A DNA stretch of 64,000 nucleotides from a virus (IMGVR_UViG_2886098363_000001:12318-76317); one strand, 5' to 3'; shown: positions 1 through 8,902, counted from the stretch's first letter. Translations and numbers: made by a program. The notes: generated by a model from the sequence alone, not told the origin.

Positions 1-263
1 CATGGGAACCAGGATCCAGAAGGCGTGGTGCAGCGCTCTGAGCCTCCCTTATCCTGATAACGCGACGTTAGTGAATTTTCCTGATAATCCGGAGTACCGG
101 TTTGATCGCAAGTCAGTCCGAGATAGAGATGATAACTTCAACGCATTTCTATTTCGTATGGCGTACCTGAGTAAAAAGAATACGAAGAGCGGCGGCGATG
201 GTTATCGAAACTTCGGTACCAGCCAACTGACCCGAGCTGAGCATTGATTTATTAGGGTGGCAA

Positions 264-545
264 ATGAAGCTTGCATCAAGTGTGTTTACAGATACCCGAT
301 CGTTACGGTCGGCATTAAAGGGATTGTCATCGGAGGATTTGTTAGCACTGAATGCTGAAATCGAGGCGATAGCGCTGGAGCGCATTGAGGAAGAGGAGGC
401 TGCGAGGGTAAGAGCACATGAGCGGCAGCAGGTGATCGCTGACATTAAAGAATTGCTCGCTTTAGAGCGTATTAATCCTGAAGAGCTGTTAGCGTTCACC
501 AGATGCCCTGTAAGCTCGTCTAAGCGAAGCCGGAAACTTGGGTAG
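264..545 (+). CDS. Truncated H-NS-like protein with only the N-terminal oligomerisation domain
   Basis: RSLRSALKGLSSEDL...IKELLALERINPEELL aligns by eye with the N-terminus of the neighbouring H-NS (RSLRAALRELSFEQL...GIDPTEL). The C-terminal TWTGQGR motif is absent. Confidence 0.7.
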   Translation: MKLASSVFTDTRSLRSALKGLSSEDLLALNAEIEAIALERIEEEEAARVRAHERQQVIADIKELLALERINPEELLAFTRCPVSSSKRSRKLG

Positions 546-890
546 TATAAACAACAGCTGCTTCTGTATGAACGTTCTAGTAGCATTTACGGAGATGACT
601 AGTCTGTTAAGCACAGCGAGGGGACCAATCCCCTCGTTTTTATGTGTTGCGTATAAATACAACAAATTCAAATGGACACTGATGACGACAGAATGCTAAA
701 ACGATAATTAATGGCATTTGCATCGATGAGGTGTAATAGCGTAAAATTCAACACTGTTATTACTACCTGAATCGTGCTGTTCACTATTCAGACCAGTCAC
801 CAGAACGATCCAGATTGAAAGACCTATATCACCAGAGTCAGTAGCTATCCATGTGGCTGACGGTGTGCCCCTTATTGAGAGATCTTAATC

Positions 891-1295
891 ATGACTGAAT
901 TTCTGAAAGTGTTGCTGAATATCCGTAGCTTGCGGGCTGCATTGCGTGAGCTCTCTTTTGAACAGTTGCAAGAAGCGAATGAGAAGTTCTCCTCGATTTA
1001 TAACGAGCGGGTTGCTGAGATAGAAAAGACCCGCGCAGCCGATGCCGAGCGTTTGGCCAAGCTGGCCGAATTCCAAGCAATGCTGGCTGATGCTGGCATT
1101 GACCCTACTGAGCTCGTACAGGGCGTTCCAGCCGGGAAAGCTCAACGTGATGGCACGAAACGTGCTCCGCGTCCGCCGAAGTATCGTTATATGGCAAATG
1201 GTGAAGAGCGCACCTGGACCGGCCAGGGACGCACTCCTAAAGCGTTGGCCGCCATGCTGGAGCAAGGCAGGCAGTTGGAAGAATTCCTGATTTGA
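891..1295 (+). CDS. hns: H-NS family nucleoid-associated protein
   Basis: N-terminus LLNIRSLRA and C-terminal KRAPRPPKYRY...TWTGQGRTP DNA-binding signature. Confidence 0.93.
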   Translation: MTEFLKVLLNIRSLRAALRELSFEQLQEANEKFSSIYNERVAEIEKTRAADAERLAKLAEFQAMLADAGIDPTELVQGVPAGKAQRDGTKRAPRPPKYRYMANGEERTWTGQGRTPKALAAMLEQGRQLEEFLI

Positions 1296-1299
1296 TGTC

Positions 1300-1326
1300 A
1301 AAAGGACTGGCTAACCAGTCCTTTTT
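1300..1326. terminator. Bidirectional intrinsic terminator between hns and the convergent integrase
   Basis: AAAAGGACTGG-CTAA-CCAGTCCTTTTT. Confidence 0.8.
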
Positions 1327-1357
1327 CTATTGCGTTGTTGAGTTATTGAAACTTAGC

Positions 1358-2602
1358 TCAGCTGACATTTGACGATGGCAACCACGTCAGTGCTGAACCG
1401 ACTCTGGATGCTGCATCGATATATTCTGACCACCAGACCATCATTTCTCGGCGACGTTCCAGATAATCCGTGCGGTTGTATGCGCTACGGACTTCATCTT
1501 TGTCAGAGTGCGCCAAGGCAGCTTCTATAACGTCTCGATCAAATCCTCTCTCGTTCAGGGTGGTGCTGCCCAAGGCTCGCAGGCCGTGAGCGACCAAGGT
1601 CCCTTCATATCCCATTCTTTTCAAGGCCGCATTGGCTGTTTGCTCGTTGGTGTGCGTTTTAGGATTACGGATACCAGGGAAGATAAATTCACGATGGCCG
1701 CTGATCGGTCGCATGAGGTCCAGGTAGGCAAGTGTCTGCGGCGTCAAGGGCACGTCATGACCTCTGCGCTTCTTCATTCTCTCTGGTGGGATCCGCCAGA
1801 GTTTCTTTTCCATATCGATCTCTGCCCACCTTGCTCCGGCCGCCTCGCTGGGGCGAGCCAAGGTATGCAGGCTCCATTCGATGAGGCAGCGGGTCTGCAA
1901 ATTGATGCTGGCCTTCGATAGCCTGTTCATCAGTTCTGGTAACTGGTTGGGGTTAATGCTGGGCATGTGCTGTTTGGCTGGCCGCTGAAACACCTTGCTG
2001 ATCCCCGAGCAAGGGTTGGCGTCGATCAGACCAGAGTTAACAGCAAAGGTCATGATCTCGTTCACCCGTTGCGTGAGGCGACGCACGGTTTCGAGTTTTC
2101 CAGCAGCAGCGATGGGCTCGATGATCTTGATGGCTCGCTGTGCCTTTATTTCCATAACGGGCACTGTGCCTATCTCGGGGAACAGGTACATTTCGAGAGA
2201 ACGCCAGAGATCCTCGGCATATGCCGGGGTGACGGAAGGGCGCTTAACATCAAACCAGCGCTTGGCGACGGCTTCAAAGGTGTGCTCGCTCTGTGATAAC
2301 GCAGCGGATGCCTGCTCATCACGATGGTGTTGGGGATCGATGTTTTGTTGCAGCAACGTTTTGGCTTCGGAGCGTTTCTCTCTCGCTTCAGCCAACGACA
2401 TCTCCGGCCAGGAGCCAAAGCTGATCATGTTTCTCTGTTTAGTTAGGGGGCGGTAGTAACGCAGGCGCCACAACTTGGAGCCATTGGGCTTGATGACGAG
2501 CTCCAGACCAGCCCCGTCGCAGAGGGTGTATTCCTTCTCTTTGGGCTTGGCTGCTTTGATCTCGGTTGGGGATAAGGGACGGGTGATACGAGGCATAGGC
2601 AT
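1358..2602 (-). CDS. P4-family tyrosine integrase (IntA/SlpA-like, with arm-binding domain)
   Basis: N-terminal DGAGLELVIKPNGSKLWRLRY. Catalytic motifs ARPSE, HGLR and LAH...VRSAYNR. Confidence 0.95.
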   Translation of the reverse strand: MPMPRITRPLSPTEIKAAKPKEKEYTLCDGAGLELVIKPNGSKLWRLRYYRPLTKQRNMISFGSWPEMSLAEAREKRSEAKTLLQQNIDPQHHRDEQASAALSQSEHTFEAVAKRWFDVKRPSVTPAYAEDLWRSLEMYLFPEIGTVPVMEIKAQRAIKIIEPIAAAGKLETVRRLTQRVNEIMTFAVNSGLIDANPCSGISKVFQRPAKQHMPSINPNQLPELMNRLSKASINLQTRCLIEWSLHTLARPSEAAGARWAEIDMEKKLWRIPPERMKKRRGHDVPLTPQTLAYLDLMRPISGHREFIFPGIRNPKTHTNEQTANAALKRMGYEGTLVAHGLRALGSTTLNERGFDRDVIEAALAHSDKDEVRSAYNRTDYLERRREMMVWWSEYIDAASRVGSALTWLPSSNVS

Positions 2603-2622
2603 ACGCTCCGGAAGGCATACAA

Positions 2623-2647
2623 AACGATATGCCTAACGATATGCCTA
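2623..2647. repeat. Tandem direct repeat AACGATATGCCT x2, a probable integrase arm-type site
   Basis: Exact 12-bp tandem repeat between the integrase start and the att core, with GGCATAC copies nearby. Confidence 0.55.
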
Positions 2648-2760
2648 AAAGGGCTGGATGGCAACGCACCCCATTGGACAGCATAAGACAACAAAAAACC
2701 CGCAAAGCCTTATGCTATGCGGGTTTCTTGGACTTCGTTGGTCACTGTTGGACCGGTATT

Positions 2761-2789
2761 TGGTGGAGCTGGGGGGATTTGAACCCCCG
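2761..2789 (-). repeat. ssrA: att core: duplicated 3' end of tmRNA (T-arm plus acceptor CCA), not a full gene
   Basis: Reverse complement reads CGGGGGTTCAAATCCCCCCAGCTCCACCA, the ssrA 3' end. The sequence upstream does not continue as tmRNA. Confidence 0.85.
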
Positions 2790-2826
2790 GACTGAGCAGC
2801 TTTACCAATTGAACTATAAGACTTTT

Positions 2827-4002
2827 TTATTTTCCGGTTGGATTTTGGATCAGGATTGGCGCTTTTGCTGTCTGGCCGTCGTACTCGGCAAGGTAGGATC
2901 CGTAGTGCCGAAACAGCATCTCTGGCCCCTTGTGTCCCATCTGGGTGGAGAGCCAAAACAGGTTGCAGCCGCGGCTGATGTTGGCGGTGGCGAAGGTGTG
3001 GCGGGTTTGGTAGAGGTGGCGGTAGCGAACGCCTGACCGCTTGAGGGTGTAGAGCCAGGCTTTCTTCCTGATGGCGTCGGCCCCGGCCCAGGGCTGGTTG
3101 AGCTTGGGGTCGTCAAAGACATACTCCCCCCGCATGAAGGTGAAGCGCTTCTGGCTGGTCAGCGCCGCCAGCGCCTCGCCGGTCAGTTCGATGGTGCGAG
3201 TTCCGGCCCGGGTCTTGGTGGTCTTGATGACTCCGACCACTTTGGCGCGAGATACCTGCACGGTGTTACCGATCCAGTCGATGGCCTCCCAGCGAAGGGC
3301 GCACAGCTCGGACGGCCGCATCCCGGTTGCGAACGCGAAGGCGAACAGGTTGGCCCACTGCTCATTGATGCCGTGGGCTGTCGAGAGGATGGCGGACACT
3401 TCCTCCGGGGTGAAGGGGTCAACGTCCTTGGCTCCCTGTTCGGGAACTGAACTCCCGTCCAAATACCGGGAAACGGTCACCAGAGAAACAGGGTTTGATG
3501 CCAGCAAACCATCCGTGACAGCCTCGTCGATGGCGCTGCGCAGGAACGACAGCCGGTTGCGGGCCGTCTTCGCGGTAGTGCCTCCCCTGATCAGCCAGTT
3601 TTTCACCTGGGCGGGGGTCAGCTCCGAGACGGTGATCCCGTGCAGATCGGCCAGCGCCTTGTGGCATTTGCGGTACCCAACCATCGTGGATGGGCTCAGC
3701 CCCCGGAGCTCACAACGCTGCAGGTACTCGTCCAGGTAGTCGGCCACCTTGGCGGCGATCGAGGCGCCGCCGAACATCCGCAGCTTCTTGGATTTCGGGA
3801 AGTAGTCGGCGTAGGCGAATTGACCCCGCTCTATCTTGCCCTGGATCTCCCCGAGCAGGCGGGAGGCGTAGCGCACGTTGGCGGTGGTGTTCGGCAAGTT
3901 GGACAGGGGCTCACGACAGCGAACCCCCTTGAACGTGAAGGTGATGTTGATCGTCTCCCCGCGGACCGTTACGCCGCGTGGGAGCTGTTTTTCATTGCCC
4001 AC
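2827..4002 (-). CDS. int: Prophage tyrosine integrase (DUF3596 arm-binding N-terminus)
   Basis: GTG start after a GGAGGT RBS. Motifs TGMRPSEL, RHLYQTRHTFAT, QMGH and HYGSY. Adjacent to the att site. Confidence 0.95.
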   Translation of the reverse strand: MGNEKQLPRGVTVRGETINITFTFKGVRCREPLSNLPNTTANVRYASRLLGEIQGKIERGQFAYADYFPKSKKLRMFGGASIAAKVADYLDEYLQRCELRGLSPSTMVGYRKCHKALADLHGITVSELTPAQVKNWLIRGGTTAKTARNRLSFLRSAIDEAVTDGLLASNPVSLVTVSRYLDGSSVPEQGAKDVDPFTPEEVSAILSTAHGINEQWANLFAFAFATGMRPSELCALRWEAIDWIGNTVQVSRAKVVGVIKTTKTRAGTRTIELTGEALAALTSQKRFTFMRGEYVFDDPKLNQPWAGADAIRKKAWLYTLKRSGVRYRHLYQTRHTFATANISRGCNLFWLSTQMGHKGPEMLFRHYGSYLAEYDGQTAKAPILIQNPTGK

Positions 4003-4226
4003 TTGGTTACCTCCGCGATGTTGACCCAACGCTCCTTTACCCCGTCCACGTTGACGATGTGAACCCCCAACTGCCAGATACCGCGCTGGATCCGCTTGTT
4101 GATGGTGTCCCGGTCGGTGAGCTCGATAGTGCTCAGGTAGGTGCTGAGCGGGATGGCGTCAGGCATTCTCATTATGATGAGCTGGCCCTGAATGTGGGTT
4201 TGCGCCGGGTCTGCTGCTGTTCCCAT
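3969..4226 (-). CDS. xis: Excisionase-like protein
   Basis: Overlaps the int start. DTINKRIQRGIWQLGVH...ERWVN is typical of Xis paired with DUF3596 integrases. An alternative start lies at 4172. Confidence 0.75.
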   Translation of the reverse strand: MGTAADPAQTHIQGQLIIMRMPDAIPLSTYLSTIELTDRDTINKRIQRGIWQLGVHIVNVDGVKERWVNIAEVTKWAMKNSSHAA

Positions 4227-4596
4227 GGTTGTTGGTCCTCGTCAGTCTGGTGATTTCATCCCGGCCCGCTCGGTTGTAGAGGAAGCATTCCACCTGCTTC
4301 CTGCTGCTGACCGCCTGGTCAAGGCGGTACTCCCCGAACGCCGGGCGTTTGAGTTGGTGCTGGTTGGCCAGCCGGCCAATGGCCTGGGCGCTGACCCCCA
4401 GCTCCTTGCCCAGTTCGGTGGCGCTCCAGAGCTGGCCGGCAACCCGGGGCGCTTCGATGGGCAGATCGAAGTGCGCCAGGATGCGGCCGATCTCGGCGAG
4501 CTTGGCCGATCGGGAAAGGGTGGGGGAGCGCACGGCGCTGACCAGCTCGTTGAGAAGCTGGCTGTCCTGGTCGATGGTCAGTTGAAGTTGCTGCAT
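4159..4596 (-). CDS. Antirepressor C-terminal-like DNA-binding protein
   Basis: WSATELGKELGVSAQAIGRLANQHQLK...KQVECFLYN resembles the C-terminus of the ant protein at 62801-63622. Confidence 0.7.
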   Translation of the reverse strand: MQQLQLTIDQDSQLLNELVSAVRSPTLSRSAKLAEIGRILAHFDLPIEAPRVAGQLWSATELGKELGVSAQAIGRLANQHQLKRPAFGEYRLDQAVSSRKQVECFLYNRAGRDEITRLTRTNNHGNSSRPGANPHSGPAHHNENA

Positions 4597-4681
4597 GGCG
4601 TGGCCCTCCTGTCCCAGAGGATGGGGCGCCGGGTGAGTTGAAGGAAGGGCCGTTATTGGCCGTGCGGCTCGCGGATCCAAC

Positions 4682-4708
4682 AAAAACCCCGGCGCTAGGG
4701 CCGGGGTC
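4682..4708 (-). terminator. Intrinsic terminator after the KilA-N gene
   Basis: ACCCCGGC-CCTAGC-GCCGGGGT followed by TTTTT on the minus strand. Confidence 0.7.
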
Positions 4709-4729
4709 TGGGTTGAAATGGGTGGTGCT

Positions 4730-5416
4730 TCAGTGCGACTGCATCAGCGCCTTGGTGCGCCGGGTGACCGAGGCCAGGGTCAGCTTCATCAGGTCGGCCA
4801 GGTCGTCATTGCTCATCAGGTCGAGCATGCGCTGCATGTCGCGCGGGTCGGTGGGGTCGATGACGCAGGCGCGTTCGGCCACCGGCCAGAGGGTGAGACT
4901 GTCACCGCCGTGGCGGCCGCTCATACTGCCACTGTCTGGCTCGATGCTAAGCATGTAACGGGTGGTGCCCAACTTGTGGCAGAGGGCCTTGGCCAGTTGC
5001 TGGGGGCTGCATTTGTGCAGGTCGCTGGCAACGGGCGGGAAGGGGATATCGTTATCAGTCAGCTCAGCAAGCTGGCGGTGCAGTGCTTCGCTTTCGCTGC
5101 GGCGGGCCGCTTGAGCGGCAGCGTACACCTCGACTTCAAAAGCGGGCTCAATCCAGCCTGCATATTTCATGGCCACCAACTCGACCGCCCACACTCCTGG
5201 CTTATTGCCACCCCTCACCGTTTTCAAAGCGGGAAATCCCGCTTTGGCCTCTACCGCTGCGATGTAGGCGCCATTGAAGCGCTTGAACTCGCTGGGCTTG
5301 TGCGATGTGGTAGCTTTGCCTTGGGCGATGGCAGCTTTATGCAGGTCGTTGAGGTTGTACATACCATCGGCTGCAATGGTGATGGAGTGGTTGGCAATGG
5401 TGAGCTTAGTGTTCAT
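4730..5416 (-). CDS. KilA-N domain protein (antirepressor-like)
   Basis: NHSITIAADGMYNLNDLHKAA...WAVELVAMKYAGWIEPAFEVEVY is a KilA-N signature. RBS AAGGA. An in-frame Ash-like extension runs up to 5584. Confidence 0.88.
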   Translation of the reverse strand: MNTKLTIANHSITIAADGMYNLNDLHKAAIAQGKATTSHKPSEFKRFNGAYIAAVEAKAGFPALKTVRGGNKPGVWAVELVAMKYAGWIEPAFEVEVYAAAQAARRSESEALHRQLAELTDNDIPFPPVASDLHKCSPQQLAKALCHKLGTTRYMLSIEPDSGSMSGRHGGDSLTLWPVAERACVIDPTDPRDMQRMLDLMSNDDLADLMKLTLASVTRRTKALMQSH

Positions 5417-5455
5417 AGTTGATTTCCTTCGGTTCAAAGATGAATCGCCACCGAA

Positions 5456-5695
5456 GAGACCAATCTTACTGGTGACGAACTGAGCAGGATTGGTCTTACC
5501 GGGAACCAAAGAAACCGGCGCCCCCGAAGGGGCTCCTGCCCAGCCCGTCATAACTGAAATTGCGGGTACTACTGGGCTGCACATAAAAAAACACGCGGGC
5601 GCGTGTTGTGCGCTTTAGTTCATCGGGAGACCAATCCCGGCAATGGATTTTGCCGTTGCTTTTATAGTATCTAGAAACATTGGCATGGTTGTCAA
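5456..5695 (-). ncRNA. P4 CI / P1 c4-like antisense immunity RNA locus (seqA-seqB-seqC arrangement) with promoter
   Basis: GATTGGTCTC occurs twice (5627-5636 and 5456-5465) flanking its complement AGACCAATC (5488-5496). Promoter TTGACA-18-GATACT at 5666-5695. Ash-family-like shadow peptide. Confidence 0.6.
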
Positions 5696-5701
5696 TCCAT
5701 G

Positions 5702-5728
5702 AAAAAGCCCAGCGCGAGGGCTGGGCTT
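5702..5728 (-). terminator. Terminator of the two-gene moron
   Basis: AAGCCCAGC-CCTCGC-GCTGGGCTTTT. Confidence 0.7.
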
Positions 5729-5753
5729 GACTTGGTCTGGTGACGGAGGGGGG

Positions 5754-6074
5754 TCAGTATGGCCATTTATCAAGATTGTCCCATTTGGAGTCAGCCTTGA
5801 AGTCGCGGGCAAACTCCGCGCAGGCCCTCACCACTGTTGCGCGCCTTGATGAGGGGGTTGAACCTTTTGGATACTTAAACTGCAGCCCTTTGTCGTAAAG
5901 GATGTCCGCCAAGGCGGAGCCATTCCCATAGTTGTACTCACCAGTAAATGAAGATGCAGGCATACGCCTTATGACTTCACAGTTATCAATAATGTCAACC
6001 GCATCTTGGGCCGCTATTTTTTCACCATTAAAGTTGAGACAGGCAACCAACCCCAGCATGCATGAAATTCCCAT
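5754..6074 (-). CDS. Hypothetical moron protein
   Basis: 106-aa ORF, AT-richer than flanks, no recognisable motif. Confidence 0.55.
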   Translation of the reverse strand: MGISCMLGLVACLNFNGEKIAAQDAVDIIDNCEVIRRMPASSFTGEYNYGNGSALADILYDKGLQFKYPKGSTPSSRRATVVRACAEFARDFKADSKWDNLDKWPY

Positions 6075-6099
6075 TATATATCCCCGATAAATGGCGTTA

Positions 6100-6459
6100 T
6101 CACTTATACCTGCATGATCTCACATAGATCGTGTCACTTGGCGATGAGCTGAACCTTGATGGCAGCTCGCTGTGCAATCGACACAAATCTCCGCGAGTGC
6201 TGATTCCTGCCACGATAAAGTCTGTGGCGATCCAGTCGCCATCTTTCTTGTAGCGTATCGGAATTCTGCTTCCATCCTGGATTTTGGTTGGTATCACAAC
6301 GTCATAGTCCGTGCCTTTTGAGAAGAGGAGATAATTGCTCACTATCTCAAGCCGCCCTGTTCCCGGTGTGACAGCCACGATTGCCCACTCATCATCAGCC
6401 ATTGAATGGCCAGAGAGCAGCAGCAATGCCGCACCCAACCCAACCTCCAATCGTCTCAT
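6100..6459 (-). CDS. Hypothetical exported protein (moron)
   Basis: Signal-peptide-like N-terminus, AAGGAGG RBS, and own candidate promoter TTAACG-17-AATAAT upstream. Confidence 0.7.
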   Translation of the reverse strand: MRRLEVGLGAALLLLSGHSMADDEWAIVAVTPGTGRLEIVSNYLLFSKGTDYDVVIPTKIQDGSRIPIRYKKDGDWIATDFIVAGISTRGDLCRLHSELPSRFSSSPSDTIYVRSCRYK

Positions 6460-6540
6460 AACACCTCCTTGTTATTTATGGGGGGTATTATTGCACCGAT
6501 TGGAGCTGACGTTAATGCCCCGGACTTGCCGGGGCTATGG

Positions 6541-6759
6541 TTATGCTCGCCAGCCCCGGTACCCGATAAAGCCGGGATCCATGACTTGCCTGAACGGCAG
6601 GACGGGGAGGTGGGCTATCAGGGTCTTGAGCTGGGGGTTATCGGGTTGGCTGTCGATGGTGACCCGGGCGCCGGGGTTGATGCGGAGGTATCTGGCGCGG
6701 GTCTCTTCGGCTTCGGTGCGGGTCAGGCCGGGCTGAATGATGGGGGCTCGGTAGCGCAC
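6541..6759 (-). CDS. Small phage hypothetical protein
   Basis: 72 aa with AGGAGG RBS, in the leftward early operon. Confidence 0.65.
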   Translation of the reverse strand: MRYRAPIIQPGLTRTEAEETRARYLRINPGARVTIDSQPDNPQLKTLIAHLPVLPFRQVMDPGFIGYRGWRA

Positions 6760-7355
6760 GGCTCACCTCCTTGTAACACCGCAGGCGCGGCGAGATCCGC
6801 CCGCACATACGGCACCTCGCAGCCAGTCACGGAATCAGCGCACCAACTCACCTCGCTGGTATCGCTCGGGAATGGCTCGCTGTGGTAGTGGCTCTGGTCG
6901 CCAACCTGCAGCCAGATGCGCTCCGGCGCGGTGCGGATGGTTTCAGTAATTGTCACGGTAGGGGATGGCAGCTGGTCAGCCAGTAGCGCGTCTATGCGAT
7001 TATGCAAAGCTCGCGCTTCATCTTCGCCGACACCGCCGCACTCCCAGTTGAACGCATCCATGGCCTCCCTAAGTACCGGTTCAGAATCCCGTACGAAATC
7101 AAGCGCCGCCTTCATACGGCTCTGCACTTGGTCGTGCTGGGCCTGCAGCTCACGGTAGTCCTGCTCGTTCGGGGTGGTAGTGGCCTCGGTCCAGTCGGCA
7201 TCTGGTTGCGCTTGTGGGGTGCCAGCCAACGCGGCATCGATGCGATCAAGCAGGTCGCAACCCAGGTAGTGTTCGGAAATGGTCTGCGGTATCGAGGCAC
7301 CGATGTATTCGTGTAGATCTCGCAGCAGATCTGTTATGCGCTGCTGTTCGCTCAT
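6723..7355 (-). CDS. Phage hypothetical protein
   Basis: 210-aa ORF coupled to its neighbours. Confidence 0.65.
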   Translation of the reverse strand: MSEQQRITDLLRDLHEYIGASIPQTISEHYLGCDLLDRIDAALAGTPQAQPDADWTEATTTPNEQDYRELQAQHDQVQSRMKAALDFVRDSEPVLREAMDAFNWECGGVGEDEARALHNRIDALLADQLPSPTVTITETIRTAPERIWLQVGDQSHYHSEPFPSDTSEVSWCADSVTGCEVPYVRADLAAPAVLQGGEPCATEPPSFSPA

Positions 7356-7711
7356 ACATCCCCCAGAATTCTGATTTCGTCGTCCGTCAGGCCAGCGGCC
7401 CGGGCCTTGTCCATCACCCGCAGGCGCTCGGCGTTGAGCGCGTCAGCGCGGCGATCTGCGTCGTTGGGCTCGATGATGCTCACCGGCGCCAGCCAACTGC
7501 CGCGCACCTTCACGGCGATCTCCTTGCTGACGTTGGCGTCGCTCCCCTGGACGCCCTTGCGTATCGCCATGCGTTCCGCGGTTGCGGGTGAGCCGCAGAC
7601 GTGGATCGGGTACTGATACCCACGCCCCTCGGTAAGGTCGGTGTTGGTGTAAACCACCCAGACCTCCTTGGTGTCGGTTATGGTGAGATCGGTCATGACC
7701 CCTTCCCCCAC
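7352..7711 (-). CDS. Phage hypothetical protein
   Basis: 119 aa. WVVYTNTDLTEGRG motif seen in phage early genes. Start may be 7696. Confidence 0.7.
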   Translation of the reverse strand: MGEGVMTDLTITDTKEVWVVYTNTDLTEGRGYQYPIHVCGSPATAERMAIRKGVQGSDANVSKEIAVKVRGSWLAPVSIIEPNDADRRADALNAERLRVMDKARAAGLTDDEIRILGDV

Positions 7712-7965
7712 TTGCGCATGGCCTGCCGTTTGCTCAGGCCCTTGGCGTTGCCAAAAATCATTTGCCCCATGATCTCCGCCCGGCTACGACCGACCTCCAA
7801 CACGCTATCGTCGCCGTGCCGCACCAGCACATACGCCTTCTTGTACTTTCCAGACTTGATTTGCGTGCTGTAGAACGCGAGGCGAAATGCGGTCCTGAAG
7901 CTCTCCGTGTCATCGCTCTCCCTCATGCGCCGGATGTAGAGCGATCCCTTGCGATATTTGCTCAT
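7693..7965 (-). CDS. Basic phage hypothetical protein
   Basis: 90 aa, overlaps the rdgC stop. Confidence 0.6.
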   Translation of the reverse strand: MSKYRKGSLYIRRMRESDDTESFRTAFRLAFYSTQIKSGKYKKAYVLVRHGDDSVLEVGRSRAEIMGQMIFGNAKGLSKRQAMRKWGKGS

Positions 7966-8873
7966 AGCGGGGCCTCCTCACCACCCAGGGCATTGAACAG
8001 GGCCGGGATGAATTGGGAGAGCTCGCCGGTCACCAGGGCGAAGTCTGCGTCCAGGCGGGCGGCGGGATCTTCGCTGGTCACATCATCGTTCTGCTCGCGC
8101 AGCTCCTCGCTGAACTTCAGGCGCTTGATGGAGAGGTCATCGCCCAGCACGAAGCTGATGCTCTCGCCCCAACTCAGGGCTAGCTTGGTCACCAGCTTGT
8201 CGTTGGCGAGGTGGTTTTTCACCTCGTCGGTCATCAGGTCCTGCTGTTTGAAGCGGGCGATGCCGCCATGCTGCTGGGCGCTGCGCAGTTCGGATTCGTC
8301 TTCAAGCAGGAACGGGGCGGGCACGATGCTCTTGCTCAGCCACTCGGTCATGGTGATCTCGGGCGGGTTCTTCAGAGCCACCGGCACCACCGGCAGGCTG
8401 CCAATGGACTTGCGCAGCAGGGCGAGCACGTCGTCCGCCTTCTTGGCGGAGGAGGCATCGACCATCAGCAGGCCGTCTGCCGGGTTGATCCAGGCGAAGG
8501 TCTGGCTGGTGCGGCTGAATGCCCGGGGCAGCAGGGTGTGCAGCAGCTCCTCCTTGAGCGCTTCCTTCTCTTTCTTCTTGAGGGCGCGGCCCTGCTCGTA
8601 CTCGATGGCCTCCACCTTCTCTGCCAGCGCCTCCTTGATGACGGCGGTCGGCAGGATCTTGTCCTCGCGGCGGGCACACAGCAGGATCTGGCCGTTGGCG
8701 ACATGGGTCAGGGTACGACCGAACTTGCCGAGAGGGCGGGTCCAGCCGAAGCGGGAGAGGTCTTGGCTGCCGCAGGGGGTGAAGGCGCATTCCTCGAGCT
8801 GGGTTTCCAGCTGTTCGGCGGTCAACTCGAACGGGCGGGTGAAGCGGTAAACTTGAAGGTTTTTAAACCACAT
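7962..8873 (-). CDS. rdgC: Recombination-associated protein RdgC (phage copy)
   Basis: MWFKNLQVYRF...FTPCGSQDLSRFGW...LDADFAL. Confidence 0.95.
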   Translation of the reverse strand: MWFKNLQVYRFTRPFELTAEQLETQLEECAFTPCGSQDLSRFGWTRPLGKFGRTLTHVANGQILLCARREDKILPTAVIKEALAEKVEAIEYEQGRALKKKEKEALKEELLHTLLPRAFSRTSQTFAWINPADGLLMVDASSAKKADDVLALLRKSIGSLPVVPVALKNPPEITMTEWLSKSIVPAPFLLEDESELRSAQQHGGIARFKQQDLMTDEVKNHLANDKLVTKLALSWGESISFVLGDDLSIKRLKFSEELREQNDDVTSEDPAARLDADFALVTGELSQFIPALFNALGGEEAPL

Positions 8874-8902
8874 GGTCTGGGTCCTTTGGTCGGTTTGGTC
8901 GG

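Larger units (their letters stand above)
1..2760. mobile_element. End of a P4-integrase-type genomic island integrated at the ssrA 3' end; it continues left of the window
   Basis: A P4-family integrase gene starts about 160 bp from the ssrA 3'-end copy and reads away from it. H-NS-type cargo genes lie beyond it. Confidence 0.8.

Noticed and set aside
2-247. 81-aa ORF at the window edge
   Set aside because: It has no recognisable motif and its context is truncated, so coding status cannot be supported.
1581-1612. Possible match of the array B gapped code to the neighbouring P4 integrase (VAHGLR region)
   Set aside because: Only 3 of 11 dinucleotides match (CC, TG, GC), which is consistent with chance.
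2761-2789. A complete tRNA or tmRNA gene
   Set aside because: Only the 3' 29 nt are present, and the upstream sequence is phage att-arm DNA.
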